Origin: Candidatus Poribacteria bacterium
GTDB lineage: Bacteria; Poribacteria; WGA-4E; WGA-3G
DNA: 64,000 bases
Assembly (NCBI GenBank): GCA_963665235.2
Contig: CAXXLX010000001.1
Location: 3,136,001-3,200,000 of the forward strand
Direction: 5' to 3'
Shown: piece after piece, positions 60,161 through 64,000 of the stretch
Layout: the number at the start of each line of letters is the position of its first letter
Numbering within the stretch: the first letter of the stretch is position 1
Notes under the pieces: generated by a model
Seen by the model: only the letters and a program-made list of their open reading frames with translations
Databases searched by the model: none
What the model was told of the DNA's origin: nothing
Position numbers and translations under genes: made by a program

Positions 60161-61189
60161 ATGCGAAAAGGATATATTTTCTTGGGATTGATGCTCCTGG
60201 CGTTTTGCATCGCTGGGTGTGGTGATCAGAAGAAACAACTCAACATCTTTACTTGGGCGGGTTATGTCAGCGATGATATCCGCTCGGGATTTGAAACGGA
60301 ATTCGGCGTGAAGGTCATTGTTGACACTTATGCTAGCAATGAAGACCTCCTCGCGAAGCTACAAGCCGGTGCAACAGGCTACGACATCATTATGCCATCC
60401 GACTATATGGTTTCTATCCTGATAAAGGCGAACCTATTGGCGGAATTGAATCGCGACAACATTCCCAATTTTCAGAACATCAGCCCGCTGTTTCTCGGCA
60501 AATATTTCGATACCGACAATCGATATTCTGTTCCCTATACCTTTGGCACTTCAGGTATCGCCTACGATTCAGCCGTGATGTCGACCCCACCCAATAGTTG
60601 GGCAGTGCTTTGGGATGAGAAATATGCCAATAAGTTTAGCATGCTTGATGACCAACGCGAAACGATTGGGGCCGCGCTGAAATTGCTCGGATACAGTTTG
60701 AATACGACTAACCCTGATGAACTTAAAGCGGCAAAGGAAAAATTAATTGCACAGAGACCGCTTGTCAAGCAGTATAAAAGCGAGGCGGAAGAGCTGCTCA
60801 TTGCGGGGGATGTGGTCATGGCGCACTGCTGGAGTGGTGATGCGTTTCGTGCAGTTGATACGCGCCCATCTATCCGATATGTTATTCCAAAAGAGGGGTC
60901 AAGTCAATTTATTGACACTGTTTGCATTCCGAATTCCGCCCCAAATAAAGCACTCGCGGAGGAATTTATCAACTATCTCCTCCGTCCGGAGGTTAATGCC
61001 AAAATTACCGTTTTTACCAAATACGGCACCTGTATACCTGCTGCGAAAGCACATCTTCCCGAACACTTGCAGGAACACAAATTTATCTATCCGCCGAAGT
61101 CGGTGTTGGAATCCCTGGAATGGTTGAAAGACCCAGGCGATTTTGCACCGGAATATAACCGGGCATGGGAAGAAATTAAGGCGAGATAG
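60161..61189 (+). CDS. Spermidine/putrescine ABC transporter substrate-binding lipoprotein (PotD/PotF family)
   Basis: Lipobox IAGC; LNIFTWAGY, SNEDL, YDIIMPSDY, WSGD, PKEG. Confidence 0.88.
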   Translation: MRKGYIFLGLMLLAFCIAGCGDQKKQLNIFTWAGYVSDDIRSGFETEFGVKVIVDTYASNEDLLAKLQAGATGYDIIMPSDYMVSILIKANLLAELNRDNIPNFQNISPLFLGKYFDTDNRYSVPYTFGTSGIAYDSAVMSTPPNSWAVLWDEKYANKFSMLDDQRETIGAALKLLGYSLNTTNPDELKAAKEKLIAQRPLVKQYKSEAEELLIAGDVVMAHCWSGDAFRAVDTRPSIRYVIPKEGSSQFIDTVCIPNSAPNKALAEEFINYLLRPEVNAKITVFTKYGTCIPAAKAHLPEHLQEHKFIYPPKSVLESLEWLKDPGDFAPEYNRAWEEIKAR

Positions 61190-61357
61190 GTAATGCCGAT
61201 TTGCTTTGCTGTGAACCATATTTAGTTTGAGGAGTAGGCGGATTGCCCAGTATTTGGGAAACCAAAATATCGCGTGCGAATCACGCTCTTGAGGAGCGGG
61301 CTGCTTGCCCGAATGCTATAAGAGTATCGCGAGCACAGCTCGCTCCTACATAAGAGA

Positions 61358-61386
61358 TTGACTTTTTAGAAAGATAGAGGTATACT
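61358..61386 (+). promoter_or_regulatory. Sigma70 promoter giving a probably leaderless rpn mRNA
   Basis: TTGACT 61358-61363, 17 bp, TATACT 61381-61386, ATG 6 nt later. Confidence 0.65.
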
Positions 61387-61392
61387 ATTTAT

Positions 61393-62268
61393 ATGCGACA
61401 ATTTGACCCTGTTGTTACACACATTATGGACCGCTTCGCGTCGGAGTTTGCGAATCTATTTTTCAATGAATCTGACCTTGAAGACATTGAGCGGTTGGAT
61501 ACGAAGCAAGCTACTATTAAGGTCCATCAAAACGATTTGACTTTCAAAGCACGGCGTTCCAACGGCGAGACAGTGATTTTCCATATAGAGGTGCAAACAT
61601 ACGATAGCACTGACCAACCGATGCCGTTGCGTGTTTTAAACTATGCAAGCGCGCTTATTCTTAGCTATGGGTTGCCGGTATATTCTATAGTGCTGTATCT
61701 GCATCCGAACGCGGGTCACGGGGATCCGGGCACCTATAGCTATGGAGATGATACGATGGGTTTGCGTTTGAACTATAAGGTCATCCGTCTATCTGATTTA
61801 GAGGGTGAACCATTTTTAGAGTCCCCTGCGATAGGTTTGTTGCCGTTTACGCCGTTGATGAAACCGCCTGCTGGTATGACAGCCGAGGCGTGGATTGAGG
61901 CGTGTGTTGCGAAGACACAAGCGGCCCCTGTTGACTCTCAGACGCGGGGTACGCTTTTATTTGCGCTATCTCTTCTTGGCAGTTTAGCGCACGACCCGGA
62001 ACTTTTTCGGAAGTCTATATTGGAGGGAATTATGCAAGAGTCTCCGTTTTATGATATGGTTCTACAGGACGGGATTAAACAAGGGACGCACGAGACATCT
62101 ATTAGATATATCCTTACTGTGCTTACAGCGCGTTTCCCGGATGCCGATATATCTCGTGCTGCCTCTGCGCTTGAGTCTGTTGGTGATATTGAGCGTCTCA
62201 CCGAGCTGCATACACTTGCGCTCTCGGTGCCTAATTTCACCGCTTTCTTGCAAGCATGTGATAGATAG
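61393..62268 (+). CDS. Rpn/YhgA-like PD-(D/E)xK nuclease (recombination-promoting nuclease/putative transposase)
   Basis: NDL, FHIEVQT, MPLRVLNY, PVYSIVLYL, GLLPFTPLM, MQESPFY, VLTARF. Confidence 0.85.
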   Translation: MRQFDPVVTHIMDRFASEFANLFFNESDLEDIERLDTKQATIKVHQNDLTFKARRSNGETVIFHIEVQTYDSTDQPMPLRVLNYASALILSYGLPVYSIVLYLHPNAGHGDPGTYSYGDDTMGLRLNYKVIRLSDLEGEPFLESPAIGLLPFTPLMKPPAGMTAEAWIEACVAKTQAAPVDSQTRGTLLFALSLLGSLAHDPELFRKSILEGIMQESPFYDMVLQDGIKQGTHETSIRYILTVLTARFPDADISRAASALESVGDIERLTELHTLALSVPNFTAFLQACDR

Positions 62269-62406
62269 GTCGCTTTCAACCGCTTTGATGAAACTGCCTG
62301 TTAGTATATCAATGTTGTATCTGAAATCCGAAGGAGTATGTTGCAGTGTCCTCGTTGTGGAGGACACCACGATTAGTTCCCGATACAAAACCGTAAGGAG
62401 GCGCAA

Positions 62407-63804
62407 TTGAGCAGACCTAATATTCTATTCATTATGTCCGATGACCACGCATCTCACGCGATGAGTTGCTACGGCAGTCGGATTAACCAAACACCGCATC
62501 TCGACCGAATCGCAGCGGACGGTATGATTCTTCAAAACTGCTTCTGCGTTAATTCTATTTGCACCCCGAGTCGTGCAAACATTTTGACAGGAAAACATAG
62601 TCACCTCAACGGTGTTAAGACATTAGGCGATAACCTTGATGGTAGAAAACCGAACGTTGCCAAGATGTTGCAGGCGAGCGGCTATCAGACTGCTATGGTC
62701 GGCAAATGGCATCTCGGACACGGCGGCGATGCTGACCCTACAGGGTTTGACTACTGGAATGTCCTACCCGGACAGGGAAGGTATTATGACCCTGTGATGA
62801 TAGAGCCGGATGGCAGAAAAACGCACGAGGGTTATGCTACTGATGTCATCACAGATTTTTCGTTGGAATGGCTGCAAAATCGAGATAGAGATAAACCGTT
62901 TTTCCTAATGTGTCATCACAAAGCCCCCCACCGGCCATGGGATTCAGACGAAAAACATGCACACATGTTCGAAGATGGGGATGTTCCGATGCCAGATAAC
63001 TTCTTCGATGACTATGCTAACCGCTCTAATGCCGCGAAGGAAGCGAAGATGCGAGTCTTCGGGCACATGAACGATAGAGACCTGAAAATCGAAAAACTGG
63101 GACCGCCCCCCGAAGGTTTGTCTGATGAGGAGCTGGCAAACTGGCAGTATCAACGGTATATCAAGGAATATCTACGCTGTGTCGCTTCAATTGATGACAA
63201 CGTCGGACGACTGCTTGATTATCTCGATGCGGATGACGTTGCTGACGACACTATGGTGATTTACACCTCCGATCAGGGATTTTTCTTGGGTGACCACGGT
63301 TGGTACGATAAACGGTTTATGTACGAAGAATCGCTACGCATGCCGTTTATTGTCCGCTATCCCAGAGCAATTGAGGCGGGAAGCTCTACGGACGCAATGG
63401 CGTTGAATATCGATTTCGCTGAAACCTGGCTCGATTACGCAGGTGTACCAATTCCTGACGATATGCAAGGCAGCAGCTTGCGCCCAATACTTGAGGGTGA
63501 AACACCAGACGATTGGCGGGAGTCTATGTACTATCGCTACTGGATGCATCTCTCGCACCACTACGTTCCCGCACACTACGGAATTCGGACACATCGATAT
63601 AAACTCATCTATTACTACGGCGAGGCACTCGGCACAAGCGGTTCAGTCAACGAACCGAAAGAGCCGGAATGGGAACTCTTCGATTTGGAGAAAGACCCGA
63701 ATGAAATGTGCAGTGTCTACGACGACCCCGCCTACGCTAATGTTGTCAAAGAATTAACAGCCGAACTGTCCAGACTCAAAGAAGAAGCTATGGACGACGA
63801 ATAA
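62407..63804 (+). CDS. Sulfatase (Cys-type)
   Basis: PNILFIMSDDH, CTPSR, GKWHL, HHKAPHR, YTSDQG, DKRFMYEES. Confidence 0.93.
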   Translation: MSRPNILFIMSDDHASHAMSCYGSRINQTPHLDRIAADGMILQNCFCVNSICTPSRANILTGKHSHLNGVKTLGDNLDGRKPNVAKMLQASGYQTAMVGKWHLGHGGDADPTGFDYWNVLPGQGRYYDPVMIEPDGRKTHEGYATDVITDFSLEWLQNRDRDKPFFLMCHHKAPHRPWDSDEKHAHMFEDGDVPMPDNFFDDYANRSNAAKEAKMRVFGHMNDRDLKIEKLGPPPEGLSDEELANWQYQRYIKEYLRCVASIDDNVGRLLDYLDADDVADDTMVIYTSDQGFFLGDHGWYDKRFMYEESLRMPFIVRYPRAIEAGSSTDAMALNIDFAETWLDYAGVPIPDDMQGSSLRPILEGETPDDWRESMYYRYWMHLSHHYVPAHYGIRTHRYKLIYYYGEALGTSGSVNEPKEPEWELFDLEKDPNEMCSVYDDPAYANVVKELTAELSRLKEEAMDDE

Positions 63805-63822
63805 AGTAGCAGGAGGCACAAA

Positions 63823-64000
63823 ATGGCAAAGAATAATCCGTTGGATAATATCGAACCCGGTATGAAAGTTACGGCACAGATGTCCCCTGAACCGAGCGAA
63901 GCTGACTTACAGTTCGCGAAGCAGATGGATGTCGATTATGTTGTGCTCTGGACGAACGGCGCAAACGCAAATTACGACTATTTCATGAGCCGCCGTGAGA
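63823..64000 (+). CDS. N-terminus of a probable mannonate dehydratase (UxuA-like), runs off the window
   Basis: AGGAGG RBS; MAKNN...GMKV...DLQFAKQMDVDYVV. Confidence 0.5.
   Translation, partial: MAKNNPLDNIEPGMKVTAQMSPEPSEADLQFAKQMDVDYVVLWTNGANANYDYFMSRRE

Overview
Bacterial chromosomal window. Gene content and repeat style resemble Candidatus Poribacteria or a similar PVC-like lineage; this is inference only. Housekeeping and catabolic genes are present: pcrA (5' truncated), gatC-gatA, an S41 protease, mmsA, lysA, two sulfatases, two enolase-superfamily enzymes and a PotD-like lipoprotein. They are interleaved with defence and accessory loci. (1) A decayed type I R-M island (6974-19636): hsdM has a nonsense codon, a GHKL-PD-(D/E)xK nuclease gene and hsdS are frameshifted, and hsdR is frameshifted and split by an intact IS200/IS605 element (tnpA+tnpB, 17026-18827, target TTTAT). 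A nested Septu-like ATPase+HNH pair remains intact. (2) A short prokaryotic Argonaute operon whose partner has the architecture SIR2 - GHKL-like RecG-C/HATPase_c_4 - APAZ (23839-28042); this is the top candidate novel system. (3) A helicase-less type IIG/ISP-like R-M fusion. (4) A five-gene operon: membrane coiled-coil protein, two PspA/IM30 (ESCRT-III-like) paralogues, an unknown 598-aa protein and a classical-clade AAA ATPase (42312-48738); this is the second candidate. (5) Two tandem ~1000-aa ECF sigma factors fused via a TM helix to BNR-repeat propellers, sharing an ECF-type promoter motif. (6) An Rpn nuclease gene with an internal RBS/start. Intergenic DNA is rich in nested MITEs with target-site duplications, GTAG-type REP hairpins and 7-9-bp tandem repeats. 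No rRNA, tRNA or CRISPR array was seen. All family assignments come from motif recognition by eye, not database searches.
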